The translations under genes and the position numbers were made by a program. The notes beneath the pieces were generated by a model that did no database searches, was not told the origin of the DNA, and saw only the letters and a program-made list of their open reading frames with translations. A stretch of DNA of 64,000 nt from Candidatus Omnitrophota bacterium (GTDB lineage: Bacteria > Omnitrophota > Gorgyraeia > Gygaellales > Profunditerraquicolaceae), in contig JAUSED010000008.1 of NCBI GenBank assembly GCA_030650425.1, forward strand, positions 4,554-68,553. The letters are read 5' to 3'. Of this stretch, positions 1 through 9,102 are shown piece by piece (positions within the stretch are counted from its first letter, which is position 1; each line of letters begins with the position of its first letter).

Positions 1-45
1 GCTTCAGCGATTACCGGTAAAATAACTCATCCTGAAGCTCTCTAG
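1..45 (+). CDS. leuC: 3' end of 3-isopropylmalate dehydratase large subunit (partial)
   Basis: Frame 1 reads ASAITGKITHPEAL*, a typical LeuC C-terminus, directly upstream of leuD. Confidence 0.8.
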   Translation, partial: ASAITGKITHPEAL

Positions 46-82
46 TGTTGCCAGTAGGGACTGTCCCACGACAAGATAAGTA
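42..82. repeat. Dispersed repeat, family C (GGGACTGTCCC core), short copy
   Basis: ctagtgttgccagtagggactgtcccacgacaagataagta; same flanks as the copies at 10063-10123 and 11329-11389. Confidence 0.85.
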
Positions 83-107
83 TCAGTAGCGGGAGATAAG
101 CGAAACT

Positions 108-599
108 ATGATCCTCAAAGGCAAGGTCCACAAATTCGGCGACGATATCAATACCGACGATATTATCTCGGCGAAATACCTGGTTTCTACTGATGCCAAG
201 GAATTAGGCTCGCATTGTATGGAGAGTATTGCCCCGGATTTCGCCAAGAAGGTCAGCCCGGGAGATATGATTATCGCGGGAAAGAATTTTGGCTGCGGTT
301 CAAGCAGAGAGCATGCGCCGGTAGCGATTAAGGGGTGCGGAGTTTCAGCGGTGGTCGCTAAAAGTTTCGCGGCGATATTTTTTAGGAACGCCATCAATAT
401 CGGCCTGCCTTTCTTAGAATCAGATGATGCGGATAAGATAAAAGACGGGGATTTAATCGAAATAGATTTAGGCGGTGGTATAATCAAAAACCTTACCCGG
501 AATGAAACTTATAAAACGCAGGCCTTCCCTGAGTTTTTGCAGGAGCTGGTAAAAGAGGGCGGCCTGATGAGTTATATTAAAAACAAAGGAAAGAAGTAA
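108..599 (+). CDS. leuD: 3-isopropylmalate dehydratase small subunit
   Basis: DDINTDDII and NFGCGSSREHA motifs. Confidence 0.95.
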   Translation: MILKGKVHKFGDDINTDDIISAKYLVSTDAKELGSHCMESIAPDFAKKVSPGDMIIAGKNFGCGSSREHAPVAIKGCGVSAVVAKSFAAIFFRNAINIGLPFLESDDADKIKDGDLIEIDLGGGIIKNLTRNETYKTQAFPEFLQELVKEGGLMSYIKNKGKK

Positions 600-609
600 C
601 AACGTCGGT

Positions 610-632
610 GTAGGGGAGGTTTAAACCTCCCC
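610..632. repeat. GTAG-tagged REP-like palindrome
   Basis: gtaggggaggtttaaacctcccc; full perfect copy at 29825-29850. Confidence 0.85.
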
Positions 633-647
633 CCGAGCCCCAATCGC

Positions 648-701
648 AGGGGACATTTTCCGTCAGGGCTATCAGGGATTCTTTAAAGGAAAGTGTCCCC
701 T
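648..701. repeat. Family B inverted-repeat element (GGGGACACTTTCC...GGAAAGTGTCCCC), stand-alone inner unit
   Basis: aggggacattttcc-spacer-ggaaagtgtcccct; spacer is a reverse-complement homologue of those at 21825-21880 and 26748-26810. Confidence 0.85.
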
Positions 702-726
702 AGGATAATTATTTTGGAGAATACTC

Positions 727-1779
727 ATGTATAAAATCGCAGTTATAGCCGGAGACGGCACAGGGCCTGAGGTTGTCGCGGAAGGTTTGAAGGTCCTGAA
801 GGCAGCATCCAATAAATTTAAATTCAAATATGAACTAAAGGATTTTGATTTTAGCGGTAAGCGGTATTTAGAAACCGGGAAGCTTGTCGAAGAGAAGGAT
901 ATCGAGGAGTTAAAAAAATATTCCGCAATTTATCTTGGCGCGGTGGGTGACCCGAATGTAAAACCCGGCATTATTGAGACAGGCGTCTTGTTAAAATTAA
1001 GGTTTGACTTGGATCAGTATATAAATTTAAGGCCGGTTAAGCTTTACAATTCTAATTTTTGCCCTTTAAAGGACAAAAAACCGGAAGATATAGATTTTGT
1101 GGTAGTGCGTGAGAATTCCGAAGGACTATATAAAGGTATGGGGGAGTTCCAGAAAAAAGGCACCAAAGAAGAGGTGGCTATTCAGATTTCTTATAATACA
1201 CGTAAAGGTGTTGAGCGCTGCATTCGTTATGCCTTTGAATATACCCGTAAGCGCAACAAAAAGAAAAAGCTGACTTTATGCGGCAAGACCAATGTCTTAA
1301 CCTATGCCTGGGATCTTTGGCAGAGGGCCTTTAACGAGGCGGCCAAAGACTATCCGGATATTACCACGGATTACGCGCACGTGGATGCGACGACGATGTG
1401 GTTTGTGAAAAATCCGGAGTGGTTTGACGTGATTGTTACGGATAATATGTTTGGAGATATTATTACGGATTTGGGCGCGATGATTCAGGGCGGGATGGGC
1501 ATTGCCGCGGGCGGAAATATTAATCCCGAAGGCGTATCGATGTTTGAACCGATCGGCGGAAGCGCTCCCAAATATACCGGAAAAAATGTGATTAATCCTT
1601 TAGCCGCGATTTGCGCCGTAGGTATGCTCTTAGAGAACTTAAGCGAGGTTCAAGCGGGAAAAGCAGTTGAGGATGCGGTGATTAAAGTTGCAAGCAAAAA
1701 GTTAAAATCGCTGGCTGCCGGGAAGATGGGTTATTCCACCAGCGAGGTAGGGGATCTGGTCGTTGAAAACCTAGCCTAA
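727..1779 (+). CDS. leuB: 3-isopropylmalate dehydrogenase
   Basis: [18 protein letters not shown] and [10 protein letters not shown] motifs; leu context. Confidence 0.9.
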   Translation: MYKIAVIAGDGTGPEVVAEGLKVLKAASNKFKFKYELKDFDFSGKRYLETGKLVEEKDIEELKKYSAIYLGAVGDPNVKPGIIETGVLLKLRFDLDQYINLRPVKLYNSNFCPLKDKKPEDIDFVVVRENSEGLYKGMGEFQKKGTKEEVAIQISYNTRKGVERCIRYAFEYTRKRNKKKKLTLCGKTNVLTYAWDLWQRAFNEAAKDYPDITTDYAHVDATTMWFVKNPEWFDVIVTDNMFGDIITDLGAMIQGGMGIAAGGNINPEGVSMFEPIGGSAPKYTGKNVINPLAAICAVGMLLENLSEVQAGKAVEDAVIKVASKKLKSLAAGKMGYSTSEVGDLVVENLA

Positions 1780-1800
1780 CGTTGCCTATAACTAAACCTA

Positions 1801-1904
1801 CGGGACATTTTCCAACCCTTAGAGAAGGGGACACTTTCCGTCAAGGTTCTTAAGGAATCCTCAAAAGGAAAGTGTCCCCTTCCGGCTAAAAGGAAAGTGT
1901 CCCG
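1801..1904. repeat. Nested family B element (B within B)
   Basis: Outer cgggacattttcc...ggaaagtgtcccg; inner aaggggacactttcc (1825)...ggaaagtgtcccctt (1881). Confidence 0.9.
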
Positions 1905-1930
1905 GTTCGAGAAAGAAAAGGAAGTTTCTA

Positions 1931-2989
1931 ATGAAAAAATATAATGTTGCGGTAATAGGTGTAGGAGTGGTGGGGATAGAGATGCTGAGGGTTTTAAAGC
2001 AACGTAATTTTCCCATCGGAGAATTACGCGTTTTTGCCCGCTCTAGCCGCGATATAGATGTAGATGGCCAAAAATATTCGGTAAAACCGATTAGTCCCGA
2101 AGGTTTTGAGGGCATAGATATCGCTTTGTTCGCAGGGACTGAAGGAGAGAAAGGCGCCGCGGTTACTTACGCGAACGAAGCAGTTAAAAGAGGCGCGGTG
2201 GTCATCGATAATGGCGCGGATTTCCGCATGGATCCGGATGTCCCGCTGGTTGTTCCGGAAGTAAACGCGGCAGATGTAAAAAAGCACAAAGGTATTATCG
2301 CTAATCCCAATTGTTCAACTATCCAAATGGTTGTAGCGTTAAATCCTATTTATAAGAAAGTCGGGATCAAGAGGATAATTGTTACTACTCTGCAAGCTTC
2401 CAGCGGAGCAGGTAAAGCTGCTGTCGAACAGCTCTGGCAGGAAACCGAAGAAGTAATTCTTAGAAGTCAGAAGTCAGAAAACAGAAGTCAGAAAGTTCTG
2501 TCTTCTGTCTTCTGTTCTCCGTCTTCTGAAAAACCAATGCCGCAACAGCTGGCTTTCAATGTCTTTCCCCACATCGGTTCCTTTGTCGAAGGCGATTATA
2601 CTAATGAAGAATGGAAATTGGTTAAGGAGACGCATAAAATTATGCACGCGCCGAAAATTAAAATTTCAGCAACTACTGTTCGGGTTCCGGTAAGGACTGG
2701 CCACTCCGAATCAGTTTATATTGAAACTGTTCGTCCCATTGCGGTGGATAAAGTTAAAGCTATTCTTTCCAAAGCCCCCGGCGTGATTCTAATGGATGAA
2801 CCCAAAAATAATCTCTATCCTATGCCTAAGGATGTAGAGGGTAGGGATGAGACTTTTGTCGGCCGCATCCGTAAGGACGCTTTTGTAAAAAATGGTTTAT
2901 GGCTGTGGGTGGTAGCGGATAACCTGCGTAAGGGAGCCGCCACCAATGCTGTGCAGATCGCCGAATGCGTAATCTCAAGCTCGAAATAG
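1931..2989 (+). CDS. asd: Aspartate-semialdehyde dehydrogenase, with in-frame repeat insertion
   Basis: IIANPNCST, VRVPVRTGHSE and DNLRKGAATNAVQIAE motifs. Confidence 0.95.
   Translation: MKKYNVAVIGVGVVGIEMLRVLKQRNFPIGELRVFARSSRDIDVDGQKYSVKPISPEGFEGIDIALFAGTEGEKGAAVTYANEAVKRGAVVIDNGADFRMDPDVPLVVPEVNAADVKKHKGIIANPNCSTIQMVVALNPIYKKVGIKRIIVTTLQASSGAGKAAVEQLWQETEEVILRSQKSENRSQKVLSSVFCSPSSEKPMPQQLAFNVFPHIGSFVEGDYTNEEWKLVKETHKIMHAPKIKISATTVRVPVRTGHSESVYIETVRPIAVDKVKAILSKAPGVILMDEPKNNLYPMPKDVEGRDETFVGRIRKDAFVKNGLWLWVVADNLRKGAATNAVQIAECVISSSK
2462..2529. repeat. Heptamer tandem-repeat hairpin inside asd
   Basis: (agaagtc)n arm followed by (ttctgtc)n arm; encodes RSQKSENRSQKVLSSVFCSPSSE. Confidence 0.8.
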
Positions 2990-3705
2990 AGTATGACGGG
3001 ACTAATTACGCAGGTTGGCAGGTTCAACCTAAAGCCCACGGCAAGACCATTCAGGCAGTCATTGAGAAAACACTCCGCAAGATCCTCCGTGAAAAAATAA
3101 AAATCATTGCTTCAGGCAGGACTGACGCGGGCGTGCATGCCCGGGCTCAAGTGGCCAATTTTTTCACCTCTTCAAATTTTCCGCTATCCCGATTAAAAAT
3201 AGGCCTCAATGGAATTCTTCCCGAAGATATCAAAGTTATAAAATTAAACGAGGTAGGCCCGGATTTCCACAGCCGCTTTTCGGCAAAATCAAAAATCTAC
3301 CGTTACACCATTTTAAATCGCGGCTATTCTTCACCTTTATGGCGTAATACGGTTTATTTCTATCCCCACCCCTTGGACGTAAAGCTTATGCAGAAGGAAG
3401 CCGAATGTTTATTAGGCAGGCATAATTTCCGCGCTTTTTGCGCCAGCCACGGAAGAGAGAAGGATCAGATTAAGGAAATCAGGAGAATAGCGATCAGCCG
3501 GAAGAAAGATTTCATTTATATCGATATTGAGGCAGACGGATTCTTATATAATATGGTCAGGAATATCGTCGGGACATTGATCGAAATAGGAAGGGGCAGG
3601 ATTCCTCGAGGCTCGCTAAAAAAAATACTCCTTTCCCGTAACCGCAGGCTTGCCGGCCAAACCGTCCCTCCCCGCGGCCTTTGTCTTTTGAAGGTAAAAT
3701 ATTAA
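2965..3705 (+). CDS. truA: tRNA pseudouridine(38-40) synthase
   Basis: EYDGTNYAGWQ, GRTDAGVHA and FLYNMVRNIVG motifs. Confidence 0.95.
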   Translation: MRNLKLEIEYDGTNYAGWQVQPKAHGKTIQAVIEKTLRKILREKIKIIASGRTDAGVHARAQVANFFTSSNFPLSRLKIGLNGILPEDIKVIKLNEVGPDFHSRFSAKSKIYRYTILNRGYSSPLWRNTVYFYPHPLDVKLMQKEAECLLGRHNFRAFCASHGREKDQIKEIRRIAISRKKDFIYIDIEADGFLYNMVRNIVGTLIEIGRGRIPRGSLKKILLSRNRRLAGQTVPPRGLCLLKVKY

Positions 3706-3714
3706 TAAAAAATA

Positions 3715-3859
3715 GTAATGCGTCAGTCAATGGGGGAAATTCCCATCGTGTCATTGCGAGCGAACGAAGTGAGCGAAGCAATCTCGACGAGATTGCTTCG
3801 TCGCTGCGCTCCTCGCAATGACAAATTCCTTGGATCGCCCCCGTTCACTGACGCATTAC
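3715..3859. repeat. Nested palindrome: outer 22-bp IR enclosing a GTCATTGCGAG...CTCGCAATGAC (CGTC-type) element
   Basis: Outer gtaatgcgtcagtcaatggggg / cccccgttcactgacgcattac (2 mismatches); inner element 3749-3823 with central cgaagcaatctcg / cgagattgcttcg. Confidence 0.9.
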
Positions 3860-3878
3860 AAAAAATAATAAAAAATAT

Positions 3879-3906
3879 TTGACTTAAGCTTTAAATATGA
3901 TATACT
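3879..3906 (+). promoter_or_regulatory. Sigma70-type promoter of rplM-rpsI (probably leaderless)
   Basis: TTGACT-16 nt-TATACT with extended TG, 8 nt before the ATG, no SD. Confidence 0.65.
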
Positions 3907-3914
3907 TTTAGTCT

Positions 3915-4346
3915 ATGAAAAAAACCTACTCAGCAAAAAAAGAGGATGTAAAGAGAGTCTGGTATTTGGTGGATGCCAAAGATAAGATACTCGGTCGGAT
4001 GGCAGCTAAGGTGGCCAGCATCTTAAGGGGCAAGCATAAGCCGATATTTACTCCGCATGTAGATACCGGGGATGCCGTGATTATCATTAATGCTTCCCAA
4101 GTCAGGCTTACCGGCAGAAAGGCCAAGCAAAAAGTGTACCGGCGTTATTCCGGTTATCCGGGTGGCTTAAGGGAAGTCTCTTTTGAAAAGATGTTCAAGA
4201 ATAAGCCTACAACCGTAATCAAGCTGGCAGTCAGGCGCATGCTTCCCGGTGGCGCGTTGGGCCACGATATGTTAAAGAAGCTAAAGATTTATGCTGATGA
4301 TAAGCATAATCAGCAAGCGCAGAAGCCGCAAGTTCTGGAGGTATAA
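3915..4346 (+). CDS. rplM: 50S ribosomal protein L13
   Basis: WYLVDA...LRGKHKPIFTPHVDTGD. Confidence 0.97.
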   Translation: MKKTYSAKKEDVKRVWYLVDAKDKILGRMAAKVASILRGKHKPIFTPHVDTGDAVIIINASQVRLTGRKAKQKVYRRYSGYPGGLREVSFEKMFKNKPTTVIKLAVRRMLPGGALGHDMLKKLKIYADDKHNQQAQKPQVLEV

Positions 4347-4350
4347 ATAA

Positions 4351-4746
4351 ATGAGTGAGACAATAAAATATAAAGCAGTAGGAAGGCGCAAGGAATCAGT
4401 GGCTAGAGTGGCGCTTATTCCCGGTAAAGGGGATTTTCTAGTCAATAAACGGCCTTATGAAAAGTATTTCTTGCGGGAGACAGACAGGATTATTGTGAAA
4501 CAGCCTTTAGACGCGACTAATAATATGAATAAGTATGATGTTGTTGCCAATATTAGAGGAGGCGGACTAACCGGCCAGGCAGGGGCATTAAGGCTGGGTA
4601 TTTCCCGCGCGTTGATTTCTATGGACCCGGCCCTAAAAGATTTACTGCGCAAACAGGGTTATTTGACTCGCGACCCTCGCGCTAAGGAACGCAAGAAGTA
4701 TGGCCAGAAGGGCGCGCGTAAACGCTTCCAGTGGACTAAGAGGTAA
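4351..4746 (+). CDS. rpsI: 30S ribosomal protein S9
   Basis: GRRKES, GGGLTGQAGA and ERKKYGQKGARKRFQWTKR. Confidence 0.97.
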   Translation: MSETIKYKAVGRRKESVARVALIPGKGDFLVNKRPYEKYFLRETDRIIVKQPLDATNNMNKYDVVANIRGGGLTGQAGALRLGISRALISMDPALKDLLRKQGYLTRDPRAKERKKYGQKGARKRFQWTKR

Positions 4747-4749
4747 GAT

Positions 4750-4785
4750 GATTACACAGATTTAAAAATAGATTACACAGATTTA
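4750..4785. repeat. 15-bp direct repeat
   Basis: gattacacagattta at 4750 and 4771. Confidence 0.75.
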
Positions 4786-4794
4786 GAGTAAACT

Positions 4795-4822
4795 AACCCC
4801 GCTGGGAAAAGCGGGGTTTTTT
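4795..4822 (+). terminator. Rho-independent terminator after rpsI
   Basis: aaccccgct-loop-agcggggtt followed by a T tract. Confidence 0.8.
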
Positions 4823-4841
4823 ATTGCCGACGAGAAAAACC

Positions 4842-4870
4842 TTGACTACGACGGGTTTTTATTCTAAGAT
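4842..4870 (+). promoter_or_regulatory. Putative promoter of the arg operon
   Basis: TTGACT-17 nt-TAAGAT, then SD GAGGAG before ATG 4899. Confidence 0.55.
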
Positions 4871-4898
4871 TAAAAGATTATTGAGGAGAATAGATAGT

Positions 4899-5921
4899 AT
4901 GTTAAATGTTGGGATTGTTGGAGTTTCGGGATATGCGGGAGAAGAGTTAATTCGGATTCTCCTAAACCATCCGGGAGTAAAGATTAGCGGGCTTTTTTCA
5001 AGCAGCGCCTGCGGAATGCCGATTGCGAAAATATTCCCCGAGTTAGCTAAAGATTTAGGCTTAGTCTGTTTAAAGCCGGATATAAAGAATATCGTCGATA
5101 ATTGCGATCTTGTATTTTTAGCCCTGCCGCATACTGCTTCCATGGAATTAGTTCCGCAACTGGTTAAAGCGGGAAAGAGGGTAATTGATTTAAGCGCTGA
5201 TTATAGGCTTAAAGACTTCAGAGTATATGAGCAATTTTATCAGCATAAACATAAAGATAAATTAAATCTCAAGGCAGCAGTTTATGGGCTGCCTGAATTA
5301 TACCGGTCAGAGATTAAGCAGGCAAAAGTGGTTGCCAACCCCGGGTGTTACCCGACGGCAGCGATATTGGCTTTGGCGCCATTAGCGGCTTTAGGCTCGG
5401 TGGATGTAAGTTCAATAATTATCGATGCCAAGTCAGGCGTAAGCGGCGCGGGAAGAAAAGCAACCGAGGAATTTTTCTCTTCGCAAGACAAAGAAGATTT
5501 TAAGGCCTATAAGGTGGGCGTGCACCAGCATACCCCTGAAATTAGTCAGATATTATCAAGCCTGGCAGGTAAAAAGGCCAAGCTAACTTTTGTGCCGCAT
5601 CTTTTACCGGTAAAGAGGGGGATATTGGAGACGATTTATCTGAGAAAGGCCGCGAAAACCAAACATCAAGCGCCAAGTTTAATTAATTTATATAAGAAAT
5701 TCTATAAGCAAGAGCCTTTTGTAAGAATAAAGGCCGAAGGAGAGTTCCCGCGGCTGGCGGATGTGGTAGGGACAAATTTCTGCGATATTGGGATCTGGAA
5801 TTCTGTTGACAATATAATTATAATCTCTGCTATTGATAATCTAGTGAAAGGGGCTTCCGGGCAGGCAGTGCAGAATATGAATATCATGTATAAGTTTCCG
5901 GAAACAATAGGGTTACTATGA
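4899..5921 (+). CDS. argC: N-acetyl-gamma-glutamyl-phosphate reductase
   Basis: GVSGYAG, ANPGCYPT and DNLVKGASGQAVQN; start moved to ATG 4899 after SD. Confidence 0.95.
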   Translation: MLNVGIVGVSGYAGEELIRILLNHPGVKISGLFSSSACGMPIAKIFPELAKDLGLVCLKPDIKNIVDNCDLVFLALPHTASMELVPQLVKAGKRVIDLSADYRLKDFRVYEQFYQHKHKDKLNLKAAVYGLPELYRSEIKQAKVVANPGCYPTAAILALAPLAALGSVDVSSIIIDAKSGVSGAGRKATEEFFSSQDKEDFKAYKVGVHQHTPEISQILSSLAGKKAKLTFVPHLLPVKRGILETIYLRKAAKTKHQAPSLINLYKKFYKQEPFVRIKAEGEFPRLADVVGTNFCDIGIWNSVDNIIIISAIDNLVKGASGQAVQNMNIMYKFPETIGLL

Positions 5922-7054
5922 AGATATACACTAAATCAATTTTACCGTTAGGCTTTAAAGCTAGCGGCATATCGAGCGGAATCAAAAAGTCAGGAAAATT
6001 AGATTTGGCTTTATTTTTTTCGGAAACTCCGGCAACCGCCGCCTGTGTATTTACAGCTAACAGTATTAAGGCAGCCCCGGTTATTTTGAGTAAAGGCTAT
6101 TTAAGGAGTAACTATTATTTTCAGGCGATCATCGCCAATAGCGGGAACGCCAATTGTTTTACCGGCAGGCAAGGCTTAAAAGATGCTCAATTAACCTCTA
6201 AATTTTTAGCTGATGCTTTAGGTTTGAAGGAAAAGGAAGTTTTGGTTGCTTCTACCGGAATCATCGCCAAGAAGTTACCGGTTGATAAGATTAAGCTGGG
6301 GATTCCCGGATTGATTAAGCAACTATCCAGAGAGGGGATTAATCAGGCGGAGAAAGCGATCATGACTACGGATACCTTCACTAAGAAGATTTCGGTAAAG
6401 TTTAGTTTGGGCCCCAAGACGGTTACTATCTGCGGCATAGCTAAAGGCGCCGGGATGATCGCGCCGAATATGGCCACTTTGTTAAGTTTTATTTTTACAG
6501 ATGCCAAGATTACCCGGCAAGCGCTTAATCAGGCTTTAAAAGTCAGCGTGCGAAATTCATTTAACTGTATAACGGTAGATGGCTGTATGAGTACTAATGA
6601 TGCGGTGATGCTTTTAGCAAATGGGGCTGCGCAGAACGCCTTGGTTAGCGGAGGGAAGAATTTGGATTTATTTATCAGGGTTTTAAGCTTAGTCTGCCTG
6701 GAGTTGGCGAAAATGGTGGTTAAGGATGCCGAAGGCGCGAGTAAATTTATCCGGATTAAGGTTAGCTCCGCCAAAAATTACAATCAGGCAAAAGCCGCAG
6801 CCTTAAGTATAGCTAACTCTAATCTTGTTAAGACAGCGATCTATGGCCAGAATCCGAATTTCGGAAGGATTGCCGCCGCTATCGGAGCAAGCGGGGCAGG
6901 GGTTGAAGAGAAGGATTTGAAGATTAAGGTTAGTTCGCTAAAGAAAAAAGAGATAGAGATTGAAGTTGAGCTTAATCAGGGTAAGGCGAATGCCGTGATT
7001 TATACTTCGGATCTTACCCCTGAATATGTTAAGATAAACGCGGAATACAATTAA
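5918..7054 (+). CDS. argJ: Glutamate N-acetyltransferase (ornithine acetyltransferase)
   Basis: NSGNANC, IMTTDT and KGAGMIAPNMAT motifs. Confidence 0.95.
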   Translation: MKIYTKSILPLGFKASGISSGIKKSGKLDLALFFSETPATAACVFTANSIKAAPVILSKGYLRSNYYFQAIIANSGNANCFTGRQGLKDAQLTSKFLADALGLKEKEVLVASTGIIAKKLPVDKIKLGIPGLIKQLSREGINQAEKAIMTTDTFTKKISVKFSLGPKTVTICGIAKGAGMIAPNMATLLSFIFTDAKITRQALNQALKVSVRNSFNCITVDGCMSTNDAVMLLANGAAQNALVSGGKNLDLFIRVLSLVCLELAKMVVKDAEGASKFIRIKVSSAKNYNQAKAAALSIANSNLVKTAIYGQNPNFGRIAAAIGASGAGVEEKDLKIKVSSLKKKEIEIEVELNQGKANAVIYTSDLTPEYVKINAEYN

Positions 7055-7065
7055 GTGAGGTAAAA

Positions 7066-7920
7066 ATGGAAGAAGCAATCAGAAAAGCAGACGTATTAAT
7101 CGAGGCCCTGCCGTATATCAAAAGGTTTCATAAGAAAATAATTGTCATAAAATACGGCGGAAGTATTTTGGGCGAAGAAAAAATCCGTAAAGGAGTGCTT
7201 GAGGATATTGTTTTCCTTAATTTTATGGGCTTAAAGCCAGTTTTAGTTCATGGCGGCGGCCCGAACATCAGCGATCGCATGCGGCATTCGGGAAAGAAGA
7301 CCGAATTTGTGGATGGGATGCGCGTCACTGACGAAGAAACGCTTGAGGTGGTGGAAGAAGAACTCAAGACTCTAAATGATATTATTGTTAAGGAAATTTT
7401 GGAATTAGGGGCAAAGGCTGTCGGCTTAAACGGAAAAAAAGACCAGCTTATTCAGGCTGAAAAGAAAAAGGCAAAGATAGATTTAGGCTTGGTCGGCAAT
7501 ATTGTCGGCGTCAATGCCGAAGCGATTCTGGATGAAATAAAGAAAGATAAGATTACGGTTATTTTACCTATGGGCATCGGTAAAGACAAAAAAATATATA
7601 ATGTCAATGCGGATGAAGCAGCTGCCAGTGTGGCAGGAAGCCTTGAAGCGGAAAAATTCGTTCTATTGACTAATGTTAAAGGTATCTTACGTAATCCTGA
7701 TGACCCGCATTCATTTATTTCAACATTGACCACTAAAGAAGCCAAAGGTTTAGTTGAAAATAATATTATCCAGCAGGGGATGATCCCTAAGGTTAAAGCG
7801 TGTATTGACGCCTTGGAAAAAGGGGTTAAGAAGACGCATATTATTGACGCGCGCATTCCCCACGGTTTACTGCTTGAGATATTTACCGATAAGGGGATCG
7901 GGACGGAGATTATTCAATGA
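7066..7920 (+). CDS. argB: Acetylglutamate kinase
   Basis: VIKYGG, VHGGGP, NVNAD and GMIPKV motifs. Confidence 0.95.
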   Translation: MEEAIRKADVLIEALPYIKRFHKKIIVIKYGGSILGEEKIRKGVLEDIVFLNFMGLKPVLVHGGGPNISDRMRHSGKKTEFVDGMRVTDEETLEVVEEELKTLNDIIVKEILELGAKAVGLNGKKDQLIQAEKKKAKIDLGLVGNIVGVNAEAILDEIKKDKITVILPMGIGKDKKIYNVNADEAAASVAGSLEAEKFVLLTNVKGILRNPDDPHSFISTLTTKEAKGLVENNIIQQGMIPKVKACIDALEKGVKKTHIIDARIPHGLLLEIFTDKGIGTEIIQ

Positions 7921-9092
7921 AGTTAGAAGAAGTTTTCGACAGTTACAAGAATAATATAATGCCTACTTATACCAAAGTTCCTTTGGTCTTTGTTAAGGGG
8001 AAAGGTTCTAAGCTCTGGGATATCCATAATCAGGCCTACTTGGATTTCTTCCCGGGCTGGGGGGCGTGTAATCTTGGCCATTGCCATCCGAAAGTGATGC
8101 AGGCAGTGCGGGACCAAATCTCCAAGTTGATTTTTATCCCGAATAATTATTACCATATCCCTCAGGCGAAATTAGCCAGGGAGATGGTTTATTGGTCATA
8201 TCCGGCAAAAGTATTTTTTTGTAATTCCGGGGCTGAGGCAAATGAGGCGGCTTTTAAGCTTTCTAGAAAATACGGCCAAGGCAGATACGAAATCATCACA
8301 TTTACCAATTCTTTTCATGGAAGGACTCTAGCCGCGCTTGCCGCTACTGGACAGAAAAAATATCAGGAAGGCTTTAGCCCTTTACCGGAAGGTTTTAAGT
8401 GTGTTAAGTTTAATGATCTGGAAGCGGTAAAACAGGTGATTAGCGATAAAACCGTGGCCATCATGTTAGAGTTTGTGCAGGGAGAAGGCGGGATCAATGT
8501 TGCTGGTCAGGATTTTGTCTTAGCACTAAGAAAATTGTGCGATGAGAAGAAATTATTATTGATCGCGGATGAAGTCCAGACCGGTATGGCTAGGACCGGA
8601 AAATTATTCGCTTATCAAAATTACGGAGTAACTCCGGATATCATGACTTTAGCTAAGTCATTAGGAGGAGGCTTGCCCATCGGAGCAATGATTGTAAAGA
8701 AGGAGATAGCTGATACCTTAGGCCCGGGTACGCACGCATCTACTTTTGGCGGTTCTCCGGTCATTTGCCGGGCAGCTTTAGCTGTCTTTAAAGCGATACA
8801 AGAAGAAAAGCTGCTGGCTAACACTAAAAAGATGGCTGACTATTTATTTACCAAACTAAATATGCTAAAAGATAAATATCCGCTTATTCAAGAAATTAGG
8901 GGATTAGGTTTAATGATCGGAGTGGAGCTAAAAGTTGAGGGTAAGAGCATAGTTGAGAAATGCATTGAGAAGGGGCTGTTGATTAATTGTACACACGTTA
9001 AGGTTTTAAGGATTATGCCGGCGCTAAATGTGACGAAGAAAGAGATCGATAAAGCAGCAAGCATATTAGAGAGCGTATTGGAAAGTATATAG
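7917..9092 (+). CDS. argD: Acetylornithine aminotransferase
   Basis: NSGAEANEAA, SFHGRT, DEVQTG and TLAKSLGGG motifs. Confidence 0.93.
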   Translation: MKLEEVFDSYKNNIMPTYTKVPLVFVKGKGSKLWDIHNQAYLDFFPGWGACNLGHCHPKVMQAVRDQISKLIFIPNNYYHIPQAKLAREMVYWSYPAKVFFCNSGAEANEAAFKLSRKYGQGRYEIITFTNSFHGRTLAALAATGQKKYQEGFSPLPEGFKCVKFNDLEAVKQVISDKTVAIMLEFVQGEGGINVAGQDFVLALRKLCDEKKLLLIADEVQTGMARTGKLFAYQNYGVTPDIMTLAKSLGGGLPIGAMIVKKEIADTLGPGTHASTFGGSPVICRAALAVFKAIQEEKLLANTKKMADYLFTKLNMLKDKYPLIQEIRGLGLMIGVELKVEGKSIVEKCIEKGLLINCTHVKVLRIMPALNVTKKEIDKAASILESVLESI

Positions 9093-9102
9093 GAAGGGAA
9101 AG

